From Synergistales bacterium (GTDB taxonomy: Bacteria; Synergistota; Synergistia; Synergistales; JAFGMB01), in assembly GCA_963666205.1 (NCBI GenBank), contig OY762654.1:1003220-1067219 (forward strand): a DNA stretch of 64,000 nt, read 5' to 3'. This document shows, piece by piece, positions 48,385-57,328 of the stretch (positions are counted from its first letter, which is position 1; each line of letters begins with the position of its first letter). The notes beneath the pieces were generated by a model. That model saw nothing but the letters and a program-made list of their open reading frames with translations. It made no database searches and was not told where the DNA came from. The translations under genes and the position numbers were made by a program.

Positions 48385-48890
48385 TAAGTCGTGCAAAACC
48401 GAGTCTGGTTTTGCGCAGTAGGAAAAAGATTTGCGGGTTTCCTCTGCGCTCTCTGCGCCCTCTGCGGTAAAACAGGTTTGAGGGTAGATTTTATAGTTTC
48501 CGTTTTTATTGTTTCCATGGCATAAATCTACGATTTCATGCCATACATCAACTTTGAGGTAAAGTAGTATCTAGTCCGAACATTCTGAACCCAGAATTGG
48601 GAAAATCCCATATTCCGCAATGTTTTAAGCTTTTCCTCCGCGGTACTCTGCGCTCCCTCTGTGTCCTCTGCGGTAAAACAGGTTTGAGGGTAGATTTTAT
48701 AGTTTCCGTTTTTATTGTTTTCATGGCACAAATCTACGATTTCGAGCCTCCCCAAAACCTTTATCTTCGTAGGATATGGTCTGTCCGGACAAATATCACA
48801 TGTTATTCATGAACAGTTATACCAAGGTTTTACGCCTTCCTCCGTGGTAAAAGGGTTATAACGGTTCAGCTTCACGGGTTTTACTCTTGA
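48385..48890. repeat. Mosaic repeat patch.
   Basis: Hairpin A lies at 48391-48416. M1 blocks lie at about 48440 and about 48635. Hairpin B copies lie at 48519-48542 and 48725-48748. An M2 lies at about 48838. Confidence 0.9.
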
Positions 48891-48923
48891 AAAAGGAAAC
48901 TTCATGTTTCAAAGTAAACCATT

Positions 48924-49505
48924 TTATTTTACTCTCATTACAACTCCGCCATTGCCCCCAACATTTGCTGGATTTTCCGATGCTATAAATAAACTCTTCG
49001 AAGGATCATCAAGATTCTCGCTCAGGGAACCATCATAGATCCCGCTTTCGGGAGACATCCTTTCCAGCTGTTTTCTGATCGAATAATCCGCATAGGTATT
49101 AGTAACATTGGCTGCAACATAAATATGAACATCTGGAGTGGCATAGGAAGGATCGCTTCCCGGCCCGGAAACATAGATAAAGTACGGGTTCTTTGAAGCA
49201 TTATTCCAATCCTTTGGACCCGTTATACTGTGAGGTTCAGGTATACCCCTGTCCAGGTATTGGCTCAGGCTGTTTATGCTAATTACACCCCAACCCTGCT
49301 CACTCTGGGAAAACCACTGCTGATTATCAGCATAGTACATAACTACTGCAGTCTTGAGAACTTCCAGGTTTGAGACTATCTTTGTCGCCTCGCTCTTACT
49401 GGTCGCGCTTCCGATTGTGATCATAAGAGAACCTGAGAGAATGCCTATAATGATGATTACAATGAGGATCTCTATAAGGGAAAAACCTCTGCTGCGCTTT
49501 TTCAA
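48924..49505 (-). CDS. Prepilin-type N-terminal cleavage/methylation domain protein (type IV pilin / pseudopilin-like).
   Basis: MKKRSRG-FSLIEILIVIIIIGILSG is a class III signal sequence. The TTG start follows AGGGAGG. Confidence 0.8.
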   Translation of the reverse strand: MKKRSRGFSLIEILIVIIIIGILSGSLMITIGSATSKSEATKIVSNLEVLKTAVVMYYADNQQWFSQSEQGWGVISINSLSQYLDRGIPEPHSITGPKDWNNASKNPYFIYVSGPGSDPSYATPDVHIYVAANVTNTYADYSIRKQLERMSPESGIYDGSLSENLDDPSKSLFIASENPANVGGNGGVVMRVK

Positions 49506-49694
49506 CTCTCAATTACCTCCCTGGCTGATTAGTATGTGGGATCTTGAACACCATTGAATAGTGTACAGACCTGTTTTCTAACCACCAGGGCAAAAAAGCC
49601 TGTTTTCCAGGGGACAGGAAGACCAATTTCCCAGGGACTTATGGACCATTTGTATTTCTCATTCGCTCAAGTCCCCCATACCTGGGTGTATTTA

Positions 49695-50300
49695 GCCTTA
49701 TCGGTGCGCTGGAGCGCACCCTGCAAAACTTTATCTTACCGGGCCGAAGGTCCGCCCGTCCTCGATTTGTTTAGTGGGTTTTGGCGGCTTTCCTCCGTGG
49801 TAGAAAGGTTTACGGTTCTAAGGTTCCAATCGTGCAAAATAGTATCACCGTTTTGCGCAGCATGTATTATAACAAGTGGTTATGACTTTCCTCCGTGCTA
49901 CTCCGTGACCTCCGTGGTAGATAGGTTTTAGCGTTTGGGCTTTACGGGTTTTCATGGCACAAATCTACGATTTCGTGCCTCCCCAAAACCTTTATCTTCG
50001 TAGGATATGGTCTGTCCGGACAAATATCGGATGTTATTCCTGTTCAGGTATACCAAGGTTTTACGCCTTCCTCCGTGTCCTCCGTGGTGAAAGGGTTATA
50101 ACGGTTCAGCTTTATGGGTTTCCATGGCACAAATCTTCGATTTCGTGCCTCTCAAAAACCTCAATCTTAGTAGTATTGGATCTTGCAAAACATAACCAAA
50201 GATTAGTCGCAGCATATTTATACAAAAGGGGTTAAGCTTTCCTCTGCGCTCTCTGCGCCCTCTGCGGTAAAACAGGTTTTGACTCTGATTTTGACTTTGG
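49695..50300. repeat. Mosaic repeat patch.
   Basis: Module 6 lies at about 49725-49795. M2 blocks lie at about 49790, 49890 and 50070. Hairpin A lies at 49832-49858. Hairpin B copies lie at 49956-49979 and 50126-50149. An M1 lies at about 50240. Confidence 0.9.
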
Positions 50301-50305
50301 TTTTG

Positions 50306-50339
50306 ATAAAAAAAGAGGATAGCCTTTCGGCTACCCTCT
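50306..50339 (-). terminator. Rho-independent terminator after the sorting-signal protein gene.
   Basis: The minus strand reads AGAGGGTAGCC-GAAA-GGCTATCCTCT followed by TTTTTTTAT. Confidence 0.85.
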
Positions 50340-50360
50340 CTCAATTATCTTCTCAGCTTA

Positions 50361-50918
50361 TTACTTCAGCAGCCACACCAGCGGTAAAGCCAGCAGACCC
50401 ATCAGAGGGCTTACAGCCCCGGCGTTACAACCGCCGCCACCGCCACCACCGGAAGTCTCTTCTTCTGCATTTACAAGATAGACCTGGGAAGTTGAAAAAT
50501 ACAGAGAAGGATCTGTTATTGTGGCAACTCCATTCACGACCTCGATAAAATCATAATAATCAGAATGATTCTGGATCAATATACCATCGGGATCAAGACC
50601 GGTACCCCTCACATCAATGGTTACTGTTCCAACAGGCGTAGTATCGTAGACTGCTTCCACACCCGCAAGGACGACGATCGTATAAGTTCCGCTTACCGGC
50701 ATATTAATATGATCACTGGTCACGCTGGAACTTAAAATACAAGAGGCACAGGAGTCCGTATCTGGAGAAAATATGATAGTCCCTGGATCAATGGACGTGT
50801 AAATCTCCGTATCGACATGTCCAACATGGCCTATATCATGACCTACCACAGCCATACCTACCGACGCAAAAACAAGAACAAGTGCTGCAGAAACTGCAAA
50901 AAGAACAACTTTTTTCAT
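50361..50918 (-). CDS. Secreted protein with a C-terminal Gly-run/Cys/TM/basic sorting signal (Synerg-CTERM-like).
   Basis: The signal peptide is MKKVVLFAVSAALVLVFASVGMA. The C-terminus is ...EEETSGGGGGGGCNAGAVSPLMGLLALPLVWLLK. The RBS is GGAGGGGG. Confidence 0.6.
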   Translation of the reverse strand: MKKVVLFAVSAALVLVFASVGMAVVGHDIGHVGHVDTEIYTSIDPGTIIFSPDTDSCASCILSSSVTSDHINMPVSGTYTIVVLAGVEAVYDTTPVGTVTIDVRGTGLDPDGILIQNHSDYYDFIEVVNGVATITDPSLYFSTSQVYLVNAEEETSGGGGGGGCNAGAVSPLMGLLALPLVWLLK

Positions 50919-51090
50919 GAATATATCCCCCTCCAGAAGAGAAATGATAAAAAATCAGTTATAACGTATACAGAAACGAACCAACCCGGATTATAAACCT
51001 AACAACTTTATAGAGCAATATTAAAAAGATCTGAATACCGGAAATGTTACATTAGACCTATCCACCACAAAGGAAATATTTAAAAACATG

Positions 51091-51243
51091 TTTAACCGCA
51101 GAGGACGCAGAGAAAACCGGGAGGAAAGCATAAAAACATCGCTATGTAGATTTTATTAATCTCCTGTTTTATATATACATGACCTGATCCTACTAAGATA
51201 AAGGTTGATGTATGGCATCAAATCATCGATTTGTGCCAGGAAG
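51091..51243. repeat. Inverted copy of the hairpin B-tail-M1 element.
   Basis: M1 lies at 51091-51113 and hairpin B at 51214-51237. It is colinear with 54837-54985 and 47731-47887. Confidence 0.85.
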
Positions 51244-51444
51244 CAAATATTTACAGTGGGCATCGAAGAAAATAACCTGGTTTTTTACCTGGAATATTTT
51301 AAATTGACTTAATTTTTATGTTCCATCATGTGATACCAGCGGCAGAAAAAGGTTCTCTTTTCTGCCGGCAGTCAACCTTAAAAAACAAAGAAATATTGTA
51401 ATAAAACCGTAGAGTCAAAAACATTGCCCAAATTAAGTTTCAGT

Positions 51445-52217
51445 ACTTGGGTTCCCTCTGCGCTCTCTGCGCCCTCTGCGGTTAGCTTAGGGTTAATAGG
51501 GGTAAAAGGTTTACGGTTCAGGTTTACGGGACCAATCGTGCAAAATAGTTCCATCATTTTGCGCAGCATAACAAGGAGTGTTAAGGGCCGAATGTCCGGC
51601 CAACCCGGCTTTAAGTTTTTTAGGAAGATCTTTGACGGAGGTTTTTGGCGGGTTTCCTCTGCGGTAAAAGAAAGATACTGAATTTGTTTTTGACTTTGGT
51701 TTTATTGGTTAAGAGGTTTTCCTCTGTGACCTCTAGTTCGAAAGCACTACCTGGCACAAATCTACGATTTGGTGCCATACATCAACCTCAGTCTAAGTAG
51801 CATAAGATCTGAGTGGACGTAACATCGGAATAAACACGCAGTATATGGATAAAATGGTTTGACGGGTTTCCTCAGGGTCTACCTCTGCGAAACTCTGCGT
51901 AACCTCAGCGTCCTCTGCGGTAAAACAGCTTTTGATTTTGACCTGGTTTCCCTCCGTGTCCTCCGTGGTAGATAGGTTTTAGCGTTTTGGCTTTACGGGT
52001 TCCCATGGCACAAATCTCCGATTTTGTGCCTCCGGAAAAACTTGTTCACCAGGTTTTGTAAGTTTCAGGTTCTCGTTCTTAATCGTGAAAAATCTAGTCT
52101 GATTTTTCGCAGCATGTTTCTTAAATCATTTGGTCTCGTTTTCCTCTGCGCTTCCTCTGCGCTCTCTGCGCCCTCTGCGGTAAAATAGCTTTTGACTTTG
52201 ACCTGGTTTCCCCTCCT
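51445..52217. repeat. Mosaic repeat patch.
   Basis: M1 blocks lie at about 51455, 51655, 51880 and 52140. Hairpin A copies lie at 51538-51564 and 52085-52110. Hairpin B copies lie at 51753-51776 and 52007-52030. An M2 lies at about 51950. Confidence 0.9.
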
Positions 52218-52434
52218 GCAAAGTTATCAGTCTTGCATACATACGGTTAAAATCAAGGTCTGACCCCATTCTTTTTTTATACTGATAATTCTTTTCATAA
52301 ATTTCACAGGACCTTTTTCCCACTTTTTTCGGGTCAGGATCTGTATTTAATCTTGACCCTATGGTAAAACTGAATAAAAGTTCAAATATTTAATATTCCA
52401 TACTTTTAAGAATATACATTATAATGTTTTTCTC

Positions 52435-52463
52435 TTGACTTTCCTTATTTAACTGCACATAAT
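52435..52463 (+). promoter_or_regulatory. Predicted sigma-70 promoter of the EPS export operon.
   Basis: TTGACT (52435-52440), a 17-nt spacer, then CATAAT (52458-52463). It lies in an AT-rich tract about 145 nt upstream of the Wza-like start. Confidence 0.45.
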
Positions 52464-52608
52464 GAAATCATTGAGAGTATCACGAGTTAGAGAACAAACC
52501 CTTCCCCTGTAAAACTATTACAATTAAATCTGAAGAGTTAGACAGTTGAAGTCAAAATTCAATGACCTTTTCTTTCTTACTTAGAGTAATTACACTTAAA
52601 CGTCGGGA

Positions 52609-54825
52609 GTGTCTAACGTGCATTTATGTTTTCGTCGTGGCATGGTATTTGCCATAGCCTTGTTCTTGTTACTGTTTTTATCCATACCATCCTTTGCAGC
52701 AGGTGAAGGTGTATCAGGAGTTACCGGACCATCCTCTGCCCCATCGGGGTCAACCGGCAGTGATGCCGGACCTGGAGGCATGGAAATAACCGGTCCAACC
52801 ATAGACGGTTCCATATTCACCCCCGACAACCAGGGTCCCGGCCAGATCGAGTTCCTGGACATGACAGGTTCCCAGGTACAGGACGCAACAGGACAGGTCC
52901 AGGCACCGGGCCAGCAGATGGGCGTTGATGACAGTAACAAAGACTACGTCTCGGGCGCCCTTCCGTCCGTTATCACCGATAAGCTTCCCCGTTTCGGATA
53001 TAACTTCTTCAGCAGACCCTCTACCGCCTTTGCACCCGTAAGGAATGTTCCGGTGGGACCCGATTACGTGGTCGGACCCGGTGACACCGTCCGCATCGAC
53101 ATCTGGGGGCTTGAAGAGGGCCATTACACCGTACCCGTTGACCGAAACGGTAACCTTTCCCTTCCCAGGGCAGGCGTTGTAGGTGTTACAGGCCTCACCT
53201 TCGACCAGGTGAAAATGGCCGTCACAAGTGCCTATTCCCGCTACTACAGCAATTTCCAGATAAATATAACCATGGGTCAGCTGAGGACCATAACCGTCTA
53301 CGTTGTTGGCCAGACCAACCGGCCAGGCGCCTATACCCTTTCATCCATGTCCACAGTGATCAATGCCCTTATCGCATCTGGAGGTCCCAGCTTTTCCGGA
53401 AGCCTGAGGAACATCCAGGTCAAACGCAACGAACGGATAGTGTCCCGGTTCGACGCCTATGAACTTCTCCTCCAGGGCAGCAAGAAAAAAGACATCCGCC
53501 TCATGGACGGCGACGTGCTCTTCATCCCCACCGTGGGTCCCCTGGTGGGCATTACCGGCGACATAAAGAACCCTGCCTACTACGAACTCAATGGGCAGGC
53601 AAGGATCTCCGATCTTGTGGAGATGGCGGGAGGGTTCACCAACCGCTACTTCAAGGGCCGGGTCCAGGTTGACCGCACCATGGGCAACGAATACCGCACA
53701 TCCTTCGAGAACGACCTCGCAGGGCTCAAGGAGAATCCTGCAAAGAACATACCCCTGGAGAACGGCGACCTCGTCAAGATCTACTCCGTTTCCGTCCAGG
53801 AATCCAAGATATACCTTTCCGGTGCCGTCGCCCGTCCGGGCCAGTACTCCATCCAGCTGGGCAGAACCAGGGTCGGCGATGTACTTCGCCGCGCAGGAGG
53901 CCTTCTCTACATGGCATCCAATGAGGGCGAGCTCACCCGGGTAAAGGTCACACAGGCCGGCCCCGAAACAAGCCGTTTCCGCTTCGACATATCAAAGGCC
54001 ATGGCCGGGGATCCCCAGAGCAACATGATCCTCGATGTCAACGACTACATAACCATCCGCACCGTACCCGACTGGACCCTCTACCGTACCGTAAGGGTAC
54101 AGGGAGAGGTGAAGTATCCCGGCGTATACACCATCCAGAAGGGCGAAAGGCTCACAGACCTCATCGAGCTTGCTGGAGGATACACGGATGAGTCTTTCCT
54201 TCCCGGTGCGACCTTCACTCGTGCCAGCGTACAGCGCAAGCAGCAGCAAAGGATCGACGAAATGATCGACCGCCTGGAGAAACAGCTTTACGGCGCATCC
54301 GTTGAAGGTACAGCAACAGCCCTCACAGAAGGGGATGCCCGCATGACCCAGATGGAGACCCAGCAGCGCCAGCGATTCCTCGACAGGCTCAGGGAAACAA
54401 AGGGAACGGGCCGCATAGTGGTGAAACTGCCCGAGAACCCCAGGATGCTCAAGGGAACACCCTATGATATAGAACTCGACCAGGGAGATACCCTGGTTAT
54501 TCCTAAAAGGCCCCAGACCGTACAGGTGGTGGGTTCCGTCTATAACCCCATGGCCTTCGTGTACCGTCCCGACCAGCCCTTCACATACTACGTGAAGCAG
54601 GCCGGCGGATATTCATACAATGCCGATACAAAGAGGATCTACATCATCAAGGCCGATGGAACGGCAACGAGGTCCTTTGTGAACAAGAAACCTGTGACCA
54701 TCGAAGATGGAGACAGCGTGATCGTGCCGGAGAAGATCGATGTCAAGGGCAAGCTGAGGGATACCAGGGACATCGTGGACATCGTGTACAAGGTCGCCGT
54801 CGGCGCCGCCGTGTTACTCGACTAA
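52609..54825 (+). CDS. Polysaccharide export protein (Wza-like Poly_export domain + multiple SLBB domains).
   Basis: A signal peptide is present. PRFGYNFF...VGPGDTVRIDIWG...VDRNGNLSLPRAGVVGVTGLT is the Poly_export motif, and it is followed by repeated SLBB-like units. The exact start is uncertain (52609-52642). Confidence 0.85.
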   Translation: MSNVHLCFRRGMVFAIALFLLLFLSIPSFAAGEGVSGVTGPSSAPSGSTGSDAGPGGMEITGPTIDGSIFTPDNQGPGQIEFLDMTGSQVQDATGQVQAPGQQMGVDDSNKDYVSGALPSVITDKLPRFGYNFFSRPSTAFAPVRNVPVGPDYVVGPGDTVRIDIWGLEEGHYTVPVDRNGNLSLPRAGVVGVTGLTFDQVKMAVTSAYSRYYSNFQINITMGQLRTITVYVVGQTNRPGAYTLSSMSTVINALIASGGPSFSGSLRNIQVKRNERIVSRFDAYELLLQGSKKKDIRLMDGDVLFIPTVGPLVGITGDIKNPAYYELNGQARISDLVEMAGGFTNRYFKGRVQVDRTMGNEYRTSFENDLAGLKENPAKNIPLENGDLVKIYSVSVQESKIYLSGAVARPGQYSIQLGRTRVGDVLRRAGGLLYMASNEGELTRVKVTQAGPETSRFRFDISKAMAGDPQSNMILDVNDYITIRTVPDWTLYRTVRVQGEVKYPGVYTIQKGERLTDLIELAGGYTDESFLPGATFTRASVQRKQQQRIDEMIDRLEKQLYGASVEGTATALTEGDARMTQMETQQRQRFLDRLRETKGTGRIVVKLPENPRMLKGTPYDIELDQGDTLVIPKRPQTVQVVGSVYNPMAFVYRPDQPFTYYVKQAGGYSYNADTKRIYIIKADGTATRSFVNKKPVTIEDGDSVIVPEKIDVKGKLRDTRDIVDIVYKVAVGAAVLLD

Positions 54826-54836
54826 AACCAAGAGCT

Positions 54837-55245
54837 GTTTTACCGCAGAGGTCGCAGAGAGCGCAGAGGAAACCGAAAGGCAGGCATAAAAATTTCGCTG
54901 TGTAGGTTTTTATTAATCTCCTGTTTTATACATGCATGACTTGATCCTACTAAGATAAAGGTTGATGTACTTTTGTGCCATGGGCATAAAGAAAATCATC
55001 AATTCTAAGAGCAAAACATGTAGTTACCTCAGAGGACGCATCGGAAAATTATAAAGAATGCAATGTTGTTTACTCTTTTGACCGTTTATTATTCTAGAAG
55101 GTTTTGGCGGATTTCATGTAGACAGGAAGTTCTAGGGGGCTAATCGTGAAAAATCTAGTCTGATTTTTCGCAGTAATACAGATTTTACAGGTTTAACGGT
55201 TTCCTCTGCGCTCTCTGCGACCTCTGCGGTTAGCTAAGGGGTTTA
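54837..55245. repeat. Mosaic repeat patch.
   Basis: An inverted M1 lies at 54837-54869, with a truncated hairpin B at about 54965-54980. The forward hairpin A-M1 unit lies at 55144-55232. Confidence 0.9.
55144..55232 (+). repeat. Left copy of the 89-bp direct repeat flanking GxxExxY gene 2.
   Basis: 88/89 identical, by manual comparison, to 55868-55956 (TCGTGAAAAATCTAGTCTGATTTTTCGCAGTAATACAGATTTTACAGGTTTAACGGTT[T/C]CCTCTGCGCTCTCTGCGACCTCTGCGGTTA). Confidence 0.9.
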
Positions 55246-55279
55246 GGTTTCACGGTCGAGAAGGGGTTTTATTCAATTT

Positions 55280-55657
55280 ATGGAAATTAATGAAATTAGC
55301 AAAACAATTATCGACAGTGCTTTCCAAGTTCACAAAGCATTAGGACCAGGTCTCCTCGAAAGTGCATATGAAGCCTGCCTCTGCTACGAACTCAAGAAAA
55401 GAGGATTTACAGTAGAATCCCAGAAAGTTCTCCCGATAATTTACGATGGACAACAAATTGATGTTGGTTATCGCCTGGATCTTCTTGTACAAGATCAGGT
55501 CATAGTAGAACTCAAATCTGTTGAACATATAAATGAGGTACATAAAGCACAGATACTCTCGTATCTCAAACTTGGTAATAAGAAACTCGGACTACTTATC
55601 AATTTCAACGTAGCCAAAATCAAGGACGGGATAACCCGTATCGTCAACGGTTTGTAG
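55280..55657 (+). CDS. GxxExxY protein (PD-(D/E)XK nuclease superfamily), paralog 2.
   Basis: A 125-aa protein with GPGLLESAYEACLCYEL. By hand alignment, about 78% of residues are identical to 47931..48308. Confidence 0.85.
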   Translation: MEINEISKTIIDSAFQVHKALGPGLLESAYEACLCYELKKRGFTVESQKVLPIIYDGQQIDVGYRLDLLVQDQVIVELKSVEHINEVHKAQILSYLKLGNKKLGLLINFNVAKIKDGITRIVNGL

Positions 55658-55744
55658 GTTTTTTCGTCTTATAATATCAAGGTTTTGATTTACAAAGAAA
55701 ATTGTTAATTAGGTTTTATCTAGTTATGCATATTTGAGGGTTTA

Positions 55745-55965
55745 GTCGGTCAAAATGGGTTGATCATTTTGACCAGTAGAGATTTTTATACAAAAAAGAT
55801 GTTTTTAGGTTTTCTCTGCGCTCTCTGCGGTTAGACAGGATTTAGACTTTAGGGTTGCCGGTTTTATTCGTGAAAAATCTAGTCTGATTTTTCGCAGTAA
55901 TACAGATTTTACAGGTTTAACGGTTCCCTCTGCGCTCTCTGCGACCTCTGCGGTTAAACAGTATT
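55745..55965. repeat. Mosaic repeat patch, including the right copy of the 89-bp direct repeat (55868-55956).
   Basis: A hairpin A variant lies at 55748-55774. An M1 lies at about 55812. A hairpin A lies at 55870-55895. An M1 lies at about 55925-55955. Confidence 0.9.
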
Positions 55966-55993
55966 TGATTTTAATAGATTTTGAGGGGTAAAC

Positions 55994-57223
55994 ATGACAC
56001 CAGAAGAACAACTCGCACAACAAAACAACCAGCAATATTACTACGAAGACGACGAGATCGACATCCTCGATCTGCTCATTGTCCTTGCCAAACACAAAAA
56101 ACTCATCCTTGGCCTCACTACCCTATTTGCGGTTCTTTCCATCGCCTATGCCCTCCTGGCCACACCCATCTACCGGGCAACCACAAAGATACTGCCCCCC
56201 ATGGCTGGCAAACAGAGCATGGCCATGAGCATGATCGCCCAGGCAGGCGTACCCGGCTTTGCCGCCGATGCCCTTGGCATCAAGACCCCCGGAGACCTTG
56301 TGGTGGGTATCGTCAAAAGCCGTACAATCATGGATAAACTGATAAATAAATTCGACCTTCAGGCCAGGTATGAATCCGAAAACATGGATCTCACCAGAGA
56401 GACTCTTTCCACCTCCACTTCTGCCGCAACCGATGCAAAAACGGGCCTTGTTTCCATTTCCATTGAAGACAAAGACCCTGCCTTTGCTGCCCAGCTTGCC
56501 AACAGCTACGTGGAGGAACTGCAGAACTTCATCCAGCAATTAGCCATAAGCGATGCCGCCCAGCAGCGTCTGTTCCTGGAAGAACAGGTAAAGGAAACCC
56601 AGGTAAACCTTTTGAAGGCCGAAAATGAACTTACCGAATACCAGAAAAAAACGGGGATCCTCAATGCCGGCCAGCAGGCATCGTCCCTTATGTCTGCCAT
56701 CGCCACCTTCCGGGCCCGCATATCCGCCAAGGAAGTGGAACTCCAGGCAGCAGAGACCTTTGCCTCTCCAAACAACCCCAGGATCCAGAAACTCAGGGCC
56801 GAGGTCAAGGGCCTTAAAGAACAGATCCAGAAACTGGAAGCCCAGGCAACGGAGGGCAGCGAAGAATCCTTCAACCTAAGCGAACTTCCAGATGCAGGCA
56901 TGGAATACCTCCGTAAGATGAGGGACCAGAAGTTCTACGAGACCTTATACGGCATGCTCCTGAGCCAGTTCGAGCAGGCAAAGATGGCCGAAGCCCAGGA
57001 ACCTGCCATCATACAGGTTATAGATGAGGCAGTGCCTCCACAGCTCAAGGCAAAACCAAAACGGAAACAGGTTGTGATCCTTGCCACGGTTCTCGGATTT
57101 TTCCTGTCCATATTTATGAGTTTTGTGATGGAATTTATTGAGAATGCAACAACGGATAACGAACGCAATGAAAAATTAAAACTGTTAAAAAAACATTTGA
57201 GTTTAAGAAAACAGCAGAACTAA
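55994..57223 (+). CDS. Polysaccharide co-polymerase / chain-length determinant (Wzz/GumC-type, no kinase domain).
   Basis: EIDILDLLIVLAKHKKLILGLTTLFAVLSIAYALLATPIYRAT is the Wzz N-terminal TM motif. It is followed by a long coiled-coil periplasmic region and a C-terminal TM. Confidence 0.8.
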   Translation: MTPEEQLAQQNNQQYYYEDDEIDILDLLIVLAKHKKLILGLTTLFAVLSIAYALLATPIYRATTKILPPMAGKQSMAMSMIAQAGVPGFAADALGIKTPGDLVVGIVKSRTIMDKLINKFDLQARYESENMDLTRETLSTSTSAATDAKTGLVSISIEDKDPAFAAQLANSYVEELQNFIQQLAISDAAQQRLFLEEQVKETQVNLLKAENELTEYQKKTGILNAGQQASSLMSAIATFRARISAKEVELQAAETFASPNNPRIQKLRAEVKGLKEQIQKLEAQATEGSEESFNLSELPDAGMEYLRKMRDQKFYETLYGMLLSQFEQAKMAEAQEPAIIQVIDEAVPPQLKAKPKRKQVVILATVLGFFLSIFMSFVMEFIENATTDNERNEKLKLLKKHLSLRKQQN

Positions 57224-57328
57224 AGTCTGAGAGTAAAAAGTTTTGAATATCATTTCCAGAAGAATCCAAGGATAAGAGCCATATTTCACTCGATTCAACG
57301 AATACTATCGAGAAAGGAACGTGTACTC

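Noticed and set aside
49580-49620. CAGGGCAAAAAAGCC, reminiscent of the c-di-GMP-I (GEMM) riboswitch core, near the pilin-like gene.
   Set aside because: It lies on the strand opposite to the pilin gene, and the remaining conserved GEMM helices and the GCAAAGCC/CCGG elements are not present.
55225-55250. GGTTAGC, GGTTAAAC and GTTTAGG sequences after M1 blocks as integron attC core sites (GTTRRRY).
   Set aside because: There is no matching inverse core (RYYYAAC) with the R''-L''/L'-R' symmetry of attC. No intI gene is present. The same motif is simply the variable end of the M1 block (GGTAAAA or GGTTA).
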